A DNA stretch of 64,000 nt from Lytechinus pictus (lineage: Eukaryota). Numbering within the stretch: the first letter of the stretch is position 1; every line of letters starts with the position of its first letter. Positions 12,678 through 27,600 of this stretch are shown here, piece after piece. The notes beneath the pieces are model-generated. The model had not been told where the DNA came from, made no database searches, and was given only the letters and a program-made list of their open reading frames with translations. Made by a program: the position numbers and the translations under genes. The stretch lies in NCBI RefSeq assembly GCF_037042905.1, contig NC_087245.1, forward strand, positions 17,796,001-17,860,000, read 5' to 3'.

Positions 12678-15600
12678 GTGAGTCTGGTAGCATAATAAGT
12701 CAATAGCTTTATAATTGCTGTGAATCTTACAATTTACTTCATATGTCATAATCGAGGCAGGCTACAGACTATAAATCGATCTTAGAACCGAGAAATGAAG
12801 TGCGCAAGAAATCATACTATACCGTACTCAGATACTATTACTAGGGTGTTGTCCTTATTCAAGGACGGTGATGTTGTGTCCTTGACATGATAAAGGAATA
12901 AGTTTTGCAATGTGCAAACGAGTCGAGTTGCTGTAAAGGTCTTGTTTGATTGTGGTTTGACAACATTGTAACGCCATTTAATAAAGAGAGAGAGAGAGAT
13001 AAAAGGAAGTTGTAAATGAAATGGAGATGCATAATAATTGTTGAGACAGTTGCGTATATTGCACATATTTTGATTTCTTGTTATGAATGTAGGATTGGGC
13101 ATTGGGATGCACTGTTGTAAAATGTAAACAATATCAACCTTCTGTTTTATCTGATTGCTGTGGAGTTCTGTGGCGATTGCCTGATAAAATATTTTTCTCT
13201 TCATCTATTCTTTTTCACATAATCTGTGACTGGCTTAATCATGTTAATTGCAGAGTATGGCTACAAATTATCTAATTGTGTGTAGGCCTATGCCTACATC
13301 ATTCAGATGGAAAATCCACCTTGTATGCTGTGAATGTGGTAGAAGATAGAGAGAGAAAGAAACAAGGAACTGGGGAGCATTTCATGAAGGACTTGTCTCA
13401 TATTTTATCTGACAATTACCATAGTAACAGTCTGACCAATCAAAACCAAGGAAAGTTGTCAGACCCGACAGCTTGTCGGATGAAAAATGTTCATGAAATT
13501 GTCCCAAATCAAGCAGTTTCTATAATAAAAAACTAAGTAGTCCTTAGACTAAAATAGCCATGAAGTTTGATTTTTAATACTTGTTAAGTTGGTTACTTTA
13601 ATAAATGGGGGGGGGGGGCTCAATCAGTAAATAAGGAGGGTCTAACGGTGGCTTCTCATTTGGACTTCCATACCAGTATAGGCCTGAATAAAATAAGCAG
13701 AACCTTGGACTTATGCTTTTCACACTGCACTTTTTTCCCTTAACCCCAGGAAATTGGTGGGGCTAAGGGGGGTCTTAGCCCCACCAATTTCCCGGGGTTA
13801 AGCTTAGCCCACTTCGTTTTCAAACTACGTTTTAGCAAAGTGGGCTAGCACGGTAAATAGTACAGTACTATCTGGCCCTGCAAAAAAGCAGGGTTAGCCG
13901 GCTTATTGTGAGGCTAGCACCACAATTGCTGTGCTAAGAGATGCAGTGTGAAACGAAACAGGGCTAAGCAAAAGTGGGGCTAAGCATTAGCCAATCACAG
14001 TAGTCGAAATTGCATGTTAATCGCGCTCTGTATGGTAAAATCATCAATATTTATGAGCTGTGTGATTGCCCGGGGTCAAGGCGTTTACCCCGGCTAAGCA
14101 AATAGTATGGGGTTAAGAAAGACAGTGTGAATCGAAAAAAAGATAGTATGGGGTTAAAGGATAGTCCGGGGTTAAGGATAGTATGGGGTTAAGGAAATGC
14201 AGTGTGAAAAGCATATTATTGTGGTGCTAGCACCACAATTGCGGTGCTAAGAGATGCAGTGTAAAACGAAACAGGGCTAAGCAAAAGTGGGGCTATAAGC
14301 ATTAGCCAATCACAGAAGTCGAAATTGCAAGTTAATAGCGCTCTGTATGGTAAAATCATCAATATTTATGAGCTGTGTGATTGCCCGGGGTTAAGGCGTT
14401 AACCCCGGCTAAGCAATAGTACGGGGTTAAGAAAGACAGTGTGAATCGAAAAAAAGATAGTATGGGGTTAAGGATAGTCCGGGGTTAAGGATAGTATGGG
14501 GTTAAGAAAGGTTAAGGAAATGCAGTATGAAAAGCATTTCAGTGACTTTAATCTTAACTTCAACACATTTCATTGTTTATTGCTTTACTTCAACATTTCA
14601 GAGGTCCTGTATCATTCTATTCATTGGAAGATACTCTAACTAATAATGCAAACAAATATTTAACAGTTTATGAGGAAAAAATTATTAAGAGTACACTGAG
14701 TACAGGAAATATATTATATTTCAAATTTGATTTGTAGTATTGGCTAAAAAGAAAAGATTTTAACAATGCACTGGTCTTGCTACACAATTCACAAAGGTAC
14801 TATTAGACCTATAGATATGATATCAGATATAAGAAATGCAAAGCAAGTTGTGATTTGATTCAGCCCATTATTAACAGTAGAAAATAATGATAAGTACATT
14901 TGTGGTACATCTAGTAATATAAGCCCTAATTTCATGATTCAAATCTCAATCCTAAGTAGTGAGTCTTAGTCTTTATAGGCCTAAATTGTAAAAAAAAAAA
15001 CTTTTACATTTATTTTACAAGGAAATAAAAAAAAAAAGTTTTTTTATTCAGATTTTTTTTTATATTTGACTTTTCATGACTTAAAATATAGATGTCTAGA
15101 TATTTTATCTGGAGATAACATTATTATTTTGAAACTGCAATATGTATGATGCCATTTTGGAATATCAGAAGGAACTTTTTATTTTTTGTTATTTAGAGGC
15201 CTATTTATTTTTTATTTCAATATTAACCACTTCAAACTTTTTCATGAGATTGTATGTAGTGGCTTGCCAAATTATGGAGTTAAGATCAATAGATGATGGC
15301 CATATATGAACATACCAAATGATATATAATACCACCAACATGGTCTGTTATGTGAGACTAAGTATAAGATCTCCCCAGATTCAAGGCCCCTTGTTTGCTG
15401 AGTATGGTGAGGGCCCCCTCCAAGCTATAGGGACAACCCAGGTCATGTGAAGTGTGGCTGGCAACTCAACAGCCAATTGTAATCTGCTTTGTGATGCAAT
15501 GTTATGCAATGAGGAAGGTGATGGACTCTGGAGCTTATTATTACAAGGTTGATGGGTACATTCAGTAGTCTGCTGCCCAGTCTCACTTGTTGACAAAACA

Positions 15601-18600
15601 AAGACAATACAGAGTTTTTTATATTTTTGTACAGATTTTAGACTAGAAAACAAGGTGAAATTAAATCAACTTGTAACCATTATTAAACCCCATTCACTTT
15701 TTGTCAGAGCAATTTACAACCACCTAGAATCACTATATTTTGTCAAGTTTCCAGAATTTCATCAAAGGTGTGAATATCAAGACTGTATAGGGCAGGTGGA
15801 TGCTTTGAGTCCGTCCATCCAGTAGGAAATTGAACAGAGAGTTTGTTTGTTTCATTATGTCTCAGGTTTGACCAGTGTGGTCTACCAAGGAGATACATTG
15901 AATTTGTTTCCAAGAATGCTAAATATGGTTTTGGTCATTTTTCCCCATTTCCATGTTATGGTCAGTCATCTGATTTTACGATTAAAATTCTGAGAGAATG
16001 AACTGTATGGGTTTTTTTTTACACAGAGCATAGAAGAATTATTTTCCCCTTCACTTGTTTGGATTTTTTATGTTGGTGAAAACATGGACCTATCACAAAA
16101 AGTGATTTTTACATTCATTTCAATTTTGAAAAAAAAAATGAAGTTAACATTACAGAAAGGGAATAACGGAAAAACACAATTTGCAATACTTCTCCATGTT
16201 GGGCTTAGTCATATGCATACATCAGTTTTAATTTTTTTTAAAGATAAAACCTATCATTCAACATAAACATCTTGAACAAACGATAGTTTTATGTTGCCAC
16301 TTATTTATTTGGGCCTATCCATGGCTCTACTTACATGTAGACTAGGTCTGAGTTATGGGCCAACTTACTTATATGTACCCCCATTCTGTTTGAAACAATT
16401 TTTTGTCTAGTTATTGGATATAGGCCTATAGGCTATATTATTTTATAGGGCCTATTCGAATACATGATTTGATCAATTAGGCCATCAAAACTTAGGGAAG
16501 AAGTAGCATATTAAATGAATATGTAGGCAAGTCAAAGACAGTACAGTTTATTTGTTGTTGTTGTCAAATTGAACTACATACAGGCCTTCTCTCTGATTAA
16601 AAGATGACATATACAATAAATAGAATGCTGTTTTACATATTGTGAAGTCAGCATTTCAAACATTTCCCGTGCTTTGATATTTGGATATGTACCATATCCA
16701 ATCAACAACATACAGGCCTAGTACTGGACTATCTCTGTTCCAGCCATGACCTGAACGTGACCTGGGCCAGGATAGGGACCCAATCATAATCCTTTGACCC
16801 CAAATGAGGGTAAGACAACAAAGGGCCAGACTGGACTTGATTAGACAATTAGTCCAAGATTAGTAGAGGATCTTCTTTATAGCCATCACTTTGACCACAA
16901 TCCCCTTTGTACACTGTGCAAAGCCTGATGACTGGCCATGGTCCCACAAGATGCTAAAGAAAGGTGGCTTTGGGGACTCTCTACTAGTCTCCCTCTTCAG
17001 ACCTTTGCCTTACATCAGTCAGTGGTCTTCACAGCATTTGATGTTCTGGTTCATATGAGATTTTCAAAGTCATTTCAAGTAATTATATTTGAACTGTGAA
17101 ATGGACAAATGTTTTATTGGAGTCGAAGGGGAGGAAACATTATTTTGTATACTTTCAATACTGTGCAAATGCCCAATATCTTCACAGTATGTAGTAGGAC
17201 TTGTTTGCAAAGTATTCTAGTTAGGTCTACATAGTATGCCTCTATTACCCTTTTTACACACGCTGAAATTTCCTTAACCCCGTACTATAGGTGGGGCTAA
17301 ATTGCCATTTAGCCCCACCTATAGTACGGGGTTAAGCTTAGCCCACTTTCTTTTTACACAGCATTTTTGCAAAGTGGGCTAACCCCACCTTTAGTACGGG
17401 ATTATTTGGCCCTGCAAAAAAGCAGGGTTATCCCAGCAACTGCGGTGCTAAGAGCGATAGTACGGGGTTAAGATCGCTAGTGTAAAACGAAAGTGGGCTA
17501 AGCTTAACCCCGTACTATAGGTGGGGCTAGCCCCACCTATAGTACGGGGTTAAGGAAATTCTAGCGTGTGTAAAAAGGGTACTAGTGAATGAGCTACCAC
17601 TAGTCCGGGGTTAGCGAGTTTCGTGTGTGAAAAGCAAGCATTCCTTATCCGGGGTTAGCAATAACAATTTGGCATGTGTGAAAAGGAAAAAAAATAGTAC
17701 GGGGTTAAGGATAGTACGGGGTTAGCGATAGTCCGGGGCTAAGAAAATCCTGTGTAAAAAGGGTATGAGAATGAAATGTAACCTATAGATTTGCTTATAT
17801 TGAGTTGACTTTGGAAGTAGAAATGAGCAAGAATGAGTGTCTTACTGTTGACATGTAAGATTTATCATTAACAAATAGGGCTTACATGTATATTATGCAG
17901 GCTGAACTATTTCATGAATTTGCCATATTAAAAATGTATGCATGTTGCATTGTAGGTCTTTTCTTGCAGTAAAGTGTATACCGGTAGCTTCCAGGGAGCT
18001 GCTGGGGGGTACCATAACAAGTAGGCTAATCATGTAGACTGTAGCTGACTAGCTGTTGTAGTTAAAGGTAAATGCTAGTTTTGGTAACGATATCAAAATG
18101 AGTTCGTACAGAATCCAATGAAATGACCACCAAAGTGTCTGTTTGTATAAATAAAACGCATGTGCCAAAGGATTCTGGAAGAAATTGTGTAATTGCTGAG
18201 AAATCAGCAAATAAGCACAGGATTCGGGTAGAGCGTCGGGCCCGACGCTCAAAGCAATAATTATACACTGTCCCACGTGCGCTTATCTGTGTTGGGGAAG
18301 TTCAGTCTGAACATTTTTCAGCGTAGATTTCAAGATTTCACAAAGTTCACTTTATGTACATGTAACTGTACCAGATCTAGATCCTCGATGATATACCGAC
18401 AATTAAGCCTGGTTTTACAGACTTTCTCATGAAATCAGTGTTTACTGCAACTACTGGAATTTCTCTTTAACTTGGTGTTCATCTGCAACTAATCTGAATC
18501 AGCCACAAGTTCAATGTCCTAAATATTTGGTGTGTAATATTAATTATCATTAAAAAACACAATACATGAGATGTATAACCAATTAAACAGGGATTAGAAA

Positions 18601-21600
18601 ACACTCCATTGAATGATGCCACACCCCCTAGTTGAGTAGAGAAGATCTGAGTGAGCAAGACTACCCTTCTCTTGTGATTATGTAATCTTATTAGCATGAA
18701 AGACCTCTCTGTTGATAGATATTAAGTTCAGCTTGCTTTTTTTGTTAGTCAGACAAGCATTATTGATCCAGTGAGGCCATGTCATATTCTGTATTTTAGG
18801 CTTGCAGAAAGGGTGCAATTCCCTGCTTTATACAACAATAATACGTGACATTTATAGCAGATAATAATTGTCATATTTAGCTCACTACTTTCAATATGAG
18901 ACTAATGAGGTAAACATTTGCCATGTTGCCCTCCTACGCTTTGCCCATAGGAATACCGTCCAAAACCGAGGGCAACATAAGCCATATTTCTGCTAGTGTG
19001 CTTGCGCAGTAGGAACCGATTTTAATCGCTATCATCGCTTATTTCTTATTTTTAGTATATGCGAATTGTGACCTTATGCGTTGTAAGTATGTGCGCACCA
19101 TGCATGATGCGCAAAGATAATGCGCGACTGTGCGGTAACGATTTACGTCACAATCGCTTATTAGCAAGGATATTACTTAGCCAAGTTCATGAATAACTTG
19201 ACATCAGAAGTAGTGATAGGCAAACAGGCATATTAAATGTTCCGAATGATAGCTTGAATTAAACATTATACAGCTGTAGGTAGTAATAATATTGATATTG
19301 ACTGGCGATTCTTTCAGGGAACACGGGCTGAAAATATTTATAATCTTAATAAATGAAGTAAAATTCACATAGCAAATTGCTGAAAATTAAATCATAATCT
19401 GATGACAAATAGCGAAGTTATGGTATTTCAAAGCTTTGCATTATTCCGGTAAAACAGATCTAGGCATGTCTTCATGAATATTCAATGAACAAATTGATGA
19501 TGTCATATCCTCACTTGTTCTTTTGTATTTTGTTATATGAAATTAGGTTAATTTTTTTTCCTTCCTGAACCAAAAATTTTGGACTTACAACTAATTAAGT
19601 GCATTGGATATTCATCGCTGCAACCTATTCCATTACAAGGGAGACATATCATTCACACATGAAAAGATGAAACAATTATGATAACATAAGAAGAAGGAAA
19701 GTGGAGATGTGACATCATCAGCCTATCTAATGAATATTTATGACAATGTGCATAACTTTTTTCATAATATATTGCTAAATTCTAAAATTCAATAACTTTG
19801 CTATTTGTCGTCAGATTTTGATAGAATTTTCAGCATTTTGCTCCATGAATTTTACTCTATTTATTTAGATATGAATATTTTCAGCCCAGAGCATCCCTTT
19901 AAAAGAACCACATTGCCCTCATCAAAAAACTCAGGCCAATATGATTCTGTTGCAGGCAACACATTTGATGTTCCCCTCAAGATCCATCAGCCCTGTGAGT
20001 AACTTCTAGTGTAAAAAAGATGCATTGCATTAGTGCAGAAGATACCTAATTTTTGTACCTTCTGATGATCTTATCTAATAAATTCAATAGTAGTCATTTT
20101 ACATGTAGGCCTCCATGTAGCCAAGTCTGCCAAGCCCCCCCCCCCCTCCATCAGAAGTTTGGTTGCATACTTCGATATTTGATATTCTATTTTTACAACT
20201 TTAAGGGTGCAGCAGCTAACACATTTTCAAATGTTGTTCCTGAATATAATTTTGCCTGAACTTAAAGGACAAGTCCACCCCAACAAAAGTTGATTGGAAT
20301 AAAAGGAGAAAATTAAAACAAGCATAACACTGAAAATCTCATCAATCAGATGTAAAATTAGAAAGTTATGATGTTTTTTAATTTTGCTTAATTCACAAAA
20401 CATATGCACATCTTGGTACGTATGCAAATTAGGCAACCGATGACGTAGGCCACTCACTATTTCTTTTATATTTTTTTTTATATGAAATATGGAGTGTTTC
20501 AATTTTTCCTCATTGTCATGAGAAACAAAGTTTTATTCCTTCCTGAACATGTGGAATTTAATACCATTGTTTCAACATTTTGTGGCTCAAACCAATACGC
20601 AATAGGGTCCTTATTGTAAAATCTGTGAAATTGAAATATTGTATAATTAAAATTAAAACAATAAAAAACAAAAGAAATAGTGAGTGACATCATCAACTCT
20701 ATATCCTGTAAGTTAATAAAGCCCATTTTACTTGAGAAACTGTTTTCTACCAAGGAGAAACAAACATCATTATGCCACAATTAATTTCATGTTAAATCAC
20801 AAAATGTTTTATTTTATCAAACATCATCCACAGTTACCATAACAGTCTTTATATGACATACCCATTTATGCAATGTAGCCTACTTTGAGGGGAATATTGA
20901 AAATACAACATGGTCACTCAACCAACCCCTTTAAAGATAGGCCTTGCACTTCTACTGTTTTATGTTGTATAATTTCAAGAAGGATGAAGTTCATTTCATA
21001 GATTACAAATCACAACAGAACTGGGGGGGGGGGGATCAAATATATTGCTGTACACACGTGTGACCAACAAACACCCCCTAAACGAGTTTCCATCAAGGGT
21101 CTTAATAAAGTCACACATTTGTACATCCCAATTTTCAGTAGTCCGAATGCATGTCCAGTACAATCTTAGCTTGGGGTATTACTTGTACATGTATCATATT
21201 GAGTTATGTTTGTTTGTTTATTTTAGAGGGTAATATTATTGGTTTATGAGTTTCTGGGACAGGCCTTGATTATATTCTCAGGGCACAGTAAATCAATCTT
21301 GGAAGTGATTATATAACATTGGAATGCTCTTTGTGCGGAGAGGAAATCATTCACCCTGTGGGGCCAGAGACCATGTACATGTATGTGACCTGAATGAACT
21401 GATTCAAGGACATTTCCTTCCTCTTTGTATGTACACATTACCATCAATGTGATAATAGGAGTGGGCTATAAATGGGTGATTTTTTGTTTTACTGTGACAA
21501 CAGTTTTTTTGTGTTCCTTTTACCTTATCTCAACATGAAATGACAATATTTTTTGTCTCGGGTCCGAGAAAAAAGTGTGCCGGGCCAAAATCCAAAATGG

Positions 21601-24600
21601 CCGCCAAAACCCCCCAAAATCACATTTTGGGCCACAACTCTTTTATTTGATGGTCTTTTTCTCTGGTTTTGGTGTCTATTCATATGTTTCTGGGGGCAGG
21701 TAATTTGTTTTTCCTAAACTTAGTACTTTTAAATCATTATTTGTAGAGTTATAAGGTGATTTTACTTAAATTTACCAATTTTTAAAGCCATTTTTCAGCC
21801 AAAAAGTAGGTTTCATCGTTATGTGGTTCTTGAATATTAGACGATACCAGTTGAACAGTAGCAGTCAGCTTTATAAAGCTATATTGCTTTTATTCCTCTA
21901 CTTAAGGTTTTACGGATATTTGCGAAATATATCTTATCAAATAAAAGAAAATGTCATTTATCCATAGGGGCTATATGGTATACAATGCACTGTACATACT
22001 ACACTGCATATATCCATGCATTGACCACCATGACAAATGAAAGGACTGTATATAAACTTTAGTGTCATAGAAATGAGCTCCTAATGTTTAGAATTAGATT
22101 GTGAATTTGATTGCTTGTCAGCTGATGTATAATACATGATGAAACCAGCAACGTAAATTGCACAAAAAAATCACATATACATGTATATCATATATGTACA
22201 TCACATTTTTAACCATATCTTCTCCATTTGGAGGCTTTTTTTACCTAGTTGTGGTGTCTAAACTGGCCTATATTTATGGGGTCAGTTAACTATCATGGTA
22301 ACGCTGATCAACAGCAAATCAGAATCAAGGATTCCATGCAAGTTACCATTAATTATCTTCTATTTCTAAACCAGAGAGCTCATTTCTATGACACTATAGT
22401 TTGTACAGGCGTTGTTAGCTGTCATGGTGGCCAATGCTTTTATGCACTGCAGTATGTACAGTACTGTACATTGTATACATGTACTGTATAAGCCCAATGG
22501 ACAATTGACATTTTTTATTTAATAAGATATATATTTCACAAATATCCGTAAAACCCAAAGTAGAGGAATAAAAGCAATATAGCTATATGAAGCTGCTTTC
22601 TATTGTTGACCTCATATCATCTAATATCCAAGAACCCCAGGACGATAAAACCTACTTTTTGGCTGAAAAAAGACTATAAAAATTTGATAATTTAGGTATA
22701 ATTACCTTTTAACTCTACAAATAATGGTTTAAAAGTACTAATCATAGAAAAAACAAATTGCCTGCCCCCAAAAACACATGAATAGACACCAAAACCAGAG
22801 AAAAAGACCACCAAATAAAGAAGTTGTGGCCAAAACTGTGATTTTGGGGGGTTTTGGCGGCCATTTTGGATTTTGGCCCGGCACACTTTTTTCTCGGACC
22901 CGAGACAAAAAATATTGTCATTTCATGTTGAGATACATTACAAGGAATAAAAAAAAACTGTTGTCATATTGAAATTACAAAAAAAGTATTTTTGACCCAT
23001 GTATAGCCCACTCCTAGTGATAATGATGTTATGTTTAGTCTAACAATTCAGACCCCTTACTTGAAATCTCCCCATATGGAGGGGATGATCAGCAGCTGGT
23101 CAGAGAGTATCCAGCTTTATTTGATTTAGCAAGAGTTAATTAGTTTGATTTGCTATTTATAACATTCAAATAGACCCTACATGCAGGCTTTATCTGAATC
23201 AGGGAACTATGATACGTAATTGATTTGAAATCCGTCTTTGACTGGTATATTTACTGTTCTGGATATGAACTAGGCTCTGTATTTTCTTTCATTATTTCCC
23301 TTCATGTTTTTTCACTAGCCAGAGGCCAGTGGCCTCCCAGCTAGTATGTCAGTTGAAACAACAGCAGCTATACACTTGTAACAATTATTTTTGTTTTCCA
23401 TAATGTAAGGTATTAAAGTGATTGGTTAACATTGGTTTGACTTTTTAAAAATATGAGCTAGAAGGTCACACTTGTCACCTGTGTCTGTGATATGTTACAA
23501 GAATGAAGCCCAGAAAAAATTGCATTCGAAAATAATTATTTAGTGCTTCAAAAATTGAAATATAAAGTGACCGAAAACACCATCTTAATTTCATCCCATA
23601 CACTTATGTGTACTATTTAGGCGTCTATAAGACACCTATTTACAAAATCGGGGTTTGCCTTGTAGTTTTAGCTTTTCATTCTCAATAGTGGTTGTTTTCA
23701 GGGTTTATTAGTTCTAATACATGCACTTGTACACATGTTTCATCTTGGTTTGAGAATTTTTTAAATCGGCTGCTCACAAAGTTAAACAATACCTTTAAAG
23801 GAAATAACAACAAATCATATCACCCATCCTTTATCAGCCCCCCAAATGTAGGCATTTAAAAATAAAAATGGGACCTTTGTTATAGTTGAATGATGGGAAT
23901 GTGCTTTGACCAAACATTTAAAGGTTAAGTCCAGCCCAGAAAAATGTTTATTTGAATAAATAGAGAAAAATCAATCTGGCAGAACACTGAAAATTTCATC
24001 AAAATCGGATGTAAAATAAGAAAGTAATGGCATTTTAAAGTTTCGCTTATTTTTTCACGAAACAGTGATACGCACAACTCAGTGGTCATGCAAATGATAG
24101 AGTCGATGATGTCACTCACTATTTCTTCTTTTTTTATTGTTTAAATTATACAATATTTCATTTTTTTACAGATTTGACAATGAGGATCGACCAACTTGAC
24201 TGAACCAAATAGTATTAAACAATCCTAATTCCACATGTTCAGGGAGTAATTAATCGTTGTTTCACTTGACAATGAGGAGAAATTTAGAATATTTCCCATT
24301 TCATATAATAAAATACAAAAGAAATAGTGAGTGGGTGATGCCATCAGTCTCCTCATTTTTCATACTGACCAGGATGTGCATATAACTGTTTTGTGAATAA
24401 CTTTCTTATTTTACATCTGATTTTGAAGAAATTTTCAGTGTTATGTTTGTTGGATTTTTCTCTTTTTATTCAAATAAATTTTTTGTTGGGGTGGACTTGT
24501 CTTTTAAGAAACTTCAAATTAGAATGGTGTCAGTCCTAAAAAGTAACCTTGTTTCATTCCATATTTTCACATTATTCAGAAAATTATCAGCAGTAGGAGT

Positions 24601-27600
24601 GATTAGGCCAACCTGAAGAATATTTGTCCTTAACATTTCCATCTTCTCTATTTTGACTTAAAAAAACATCCTGTGTTATCAAAAGATGTTATGATCTGGT
24701 CATCAATGTTCAAAACAAGACAAACACCAACCACATGAAGTAACACTTTTCTGTTCACAACCCTGCCTCATGTACTTTAGAAGACATGAATGAAAATACA
24801 AACACTATACCATGTAAAGTTTTGTTGCTTATTTTTTACAAAGCAAAATATGTACATCACAGGAAATACAATGGTTTCACATGCTCACTATAAACAAGTA
24901 GAATATTTAATTAATTTGTAGATTGTACAGCAAGGACATGTTTGACTGAATCACAATAGGTTACAATTATTCAAGGGGGAATAATACTGTTATATTTATC
25001 ATATAAAAGGAATGGTGAGTTGGTGATGTCATCAGTATTCTCGTACATGTATGCATAATATGCAATTTATTATTAAACTTTCTTTTTCACATCTGTTGTT
25101 TTATGCTCAGTATGTACAATGTTGTTTGGGTGTACTGTACATGTATTTAACTTTTAATCTTGAGGCCTAATAATTTTTTATATTTCATTTTTTTCCTTTG
25201 GCCCAGGAGAGAGCATACATACCGGTATGGGTGAAGGACAGACAGATGGTCAAGAAAAGGGTACTAGTAAGTAGTTGGTATTTTTTCATCAACTCCTTCC
25301 ATGCCAGTCAATTTATAGCACAATTTATTAAGGATTACATATTAATTATTAATATTACCATATTTTTATTACCAATAAGATAAAACATAGGACTACGTAT
25401 AGGCCTGCGTTACAATGCATTTATGGAACAATTTGTGATCTTGAAAATATAGAGTCAAAAAATTCTGAAACAAATCCATGATCTCTTATTTTGGATATGA
25501 TTACACAATGTAATTTTCTAAATTATTTATTATTGATGTACATGTAGTCCTATGATATTTCTGTCTCTGAACTTGCTATGCCACTTTGGTGGATTGGTAT
25601 TTTATTCAGATTAAACTTCATCTTGTAGCAGAAAAAACAGTAAAATAGGTTTGAATCACTGACTGTTGTTGATTACTGAGATTCGGAACACTGACCATAT
25701 GCAAGCTCATTAAGGACAAAGGAAATCACATTTCTTTGGTAGGAACATAAACCTCAAAATAGAGCTTGTTGGAAAAATGAGAATTGAATCACTAATTTTC
25801 TGAGAAATCTTGTAATCTTGTCCAGTCATCCTAGGTCACTGTAATTCCCTCTGTTCTCCTGGCCTTTGAGTGATTCTTGGAAATATGAAAAATCACTTGT
25901 TTTGGTCACTTTCATTTTAGTATGATCAGGTCATCATTAATCATCATCCCTCCCTTTCTCTTATCTCTTTTGGTGAAAGTACCTCCCTTGTAACAAAAGC
26001 AGGTGAATTTTCTTGCTAATGGCCAAGGAAATGTTACCAGTTGATGACCATTGAATGACCAATGAGTAGGCGTCACACTGACCAGTGGATGTAATGTTTT
26101 CCTGGTTGTATTAGGTTTAATTTCTTGGCAGGTTTCCAGAATCAAGAACCATGAGGGAATGAGGGTGTAGAGATTGTCATGAAATCAAGAGGGCTTGCTT
26201 CCTTTCAATTAATGCCATTTATATAACACTTAGTTGTTTAATAGTAATAGGCCTTCATGATTGCATTTGTCTAAAAAAATTCACCTCATCTGTATAGGAC
26301 AGAATAGGACACATAATATCACCTGGGCCCTGTCTATCAAAGAGTTACGATTGATCGATCCGATCAATTGTAACTCTATGGCAATCTATCAATGTCATAA
26401 TTTTTTCTACCAAAAATGTGCATAATGTCCTTTGTATGCAAAGAGAAGCACAGTGAATTTTTGAGAAAACAATGAATGCATGAATATACATCATAACTAG
26501 AAAATATTTTGAACAAACATGCATTATAGATGTTGACATTGCTGGCCGTCCATAGTTGCGATTGATCGGATCAATCGTAACTCTTTCGACGGGGCCCTGA
26601 ATTTCCATTCTGATAAAGTAAAAAAATAAGTAAGATTTTTAACAAAAAATCCACAATCCCGGAACATTGGTGAGATGAAGGTCAGATCATGTACATAGAA
26701 TGCTCTCTTAATGAGATAATGCATGAAAATATTAAATACATGTATCTTTTAGTGTTGACATATAGGCTAGTGCAACTTTGAGTCAGAGGGGGGGGGGGGG
26801 TGGCGGTAAGTGCAATATTTTGATTGTTCATTATGACTGAACTTCATGGTAATAGTATTAGCCTTCTAAGACTGTTGACTTTGGAACAATCAATGTTTTT
26901 TTATCAGATGAATGAATTACTGGTGTTTCTTTCTGTGGGATTTTAAAAAGTGTTATAATAGCAAGCTAAATCACAGGTGAAAACATCATGATCAAACCTG
27001 TTCTTTAAAAATATGTCTAAACAAAATATGTATCAATATACCATTTTCAACACTAATTTGTATCCATACTTTGGCAGCCATTTTGAAATAAAAAATGGCT
27101 GCCAGAGTCGGAAAAAAATTTTGTCTCAGAAACTTCAGGTCTTGTTTTATTAAAAAACATAAAGCATTTGACATGAATATCAACTTGATTTTTTTGCCTC
27201 TGTTGTCCATCTGTGGTGAAAATGCCCTTAGGACTGTTGACTTTGGAACAATTTCTCTCCTGAAGGTGATTGTTTGATTTTATACATCTATCTGTACATG
27301 CACACTAGGTTGTAATGGAAGTCGTGATGTAATATTGCATAATGTAAACACACACACCAGATGTGCAAATTACTGGCAGCCATTTTAAATTCTCTGTATG
27401 ACTATGAGCAAGCCTTCTTCATGCGCTGCTCTCTTGCTTTCTTTTTGTTATTACCATTTTAATTCCAATTCAGAAGAAGACAATGCATGAATGGGTGATA
27501 TAATTCTTTAGATGAGAAGATTTGAATTTTAAGTATTATCTTTTATTAAAAGGTGGCCAAAACTGGCCTTGGATTTCAGTGTTTTCTGGATTTTGTGATT

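Noticed and set aside
25198..25383. Track ORF containing AYIP, superficially like TR YIPS
   Set aside because: The real YIPSY is in exon 3, and the splice-compatible frame of this exon is a different one.
25700..26060. Additional degenerate direct repeats (CAGTCA-tcct-AGGTCA, TGACCA-5-TGACCA)
   Set aside because: Too degenerate to distinguish from chance without a background model.
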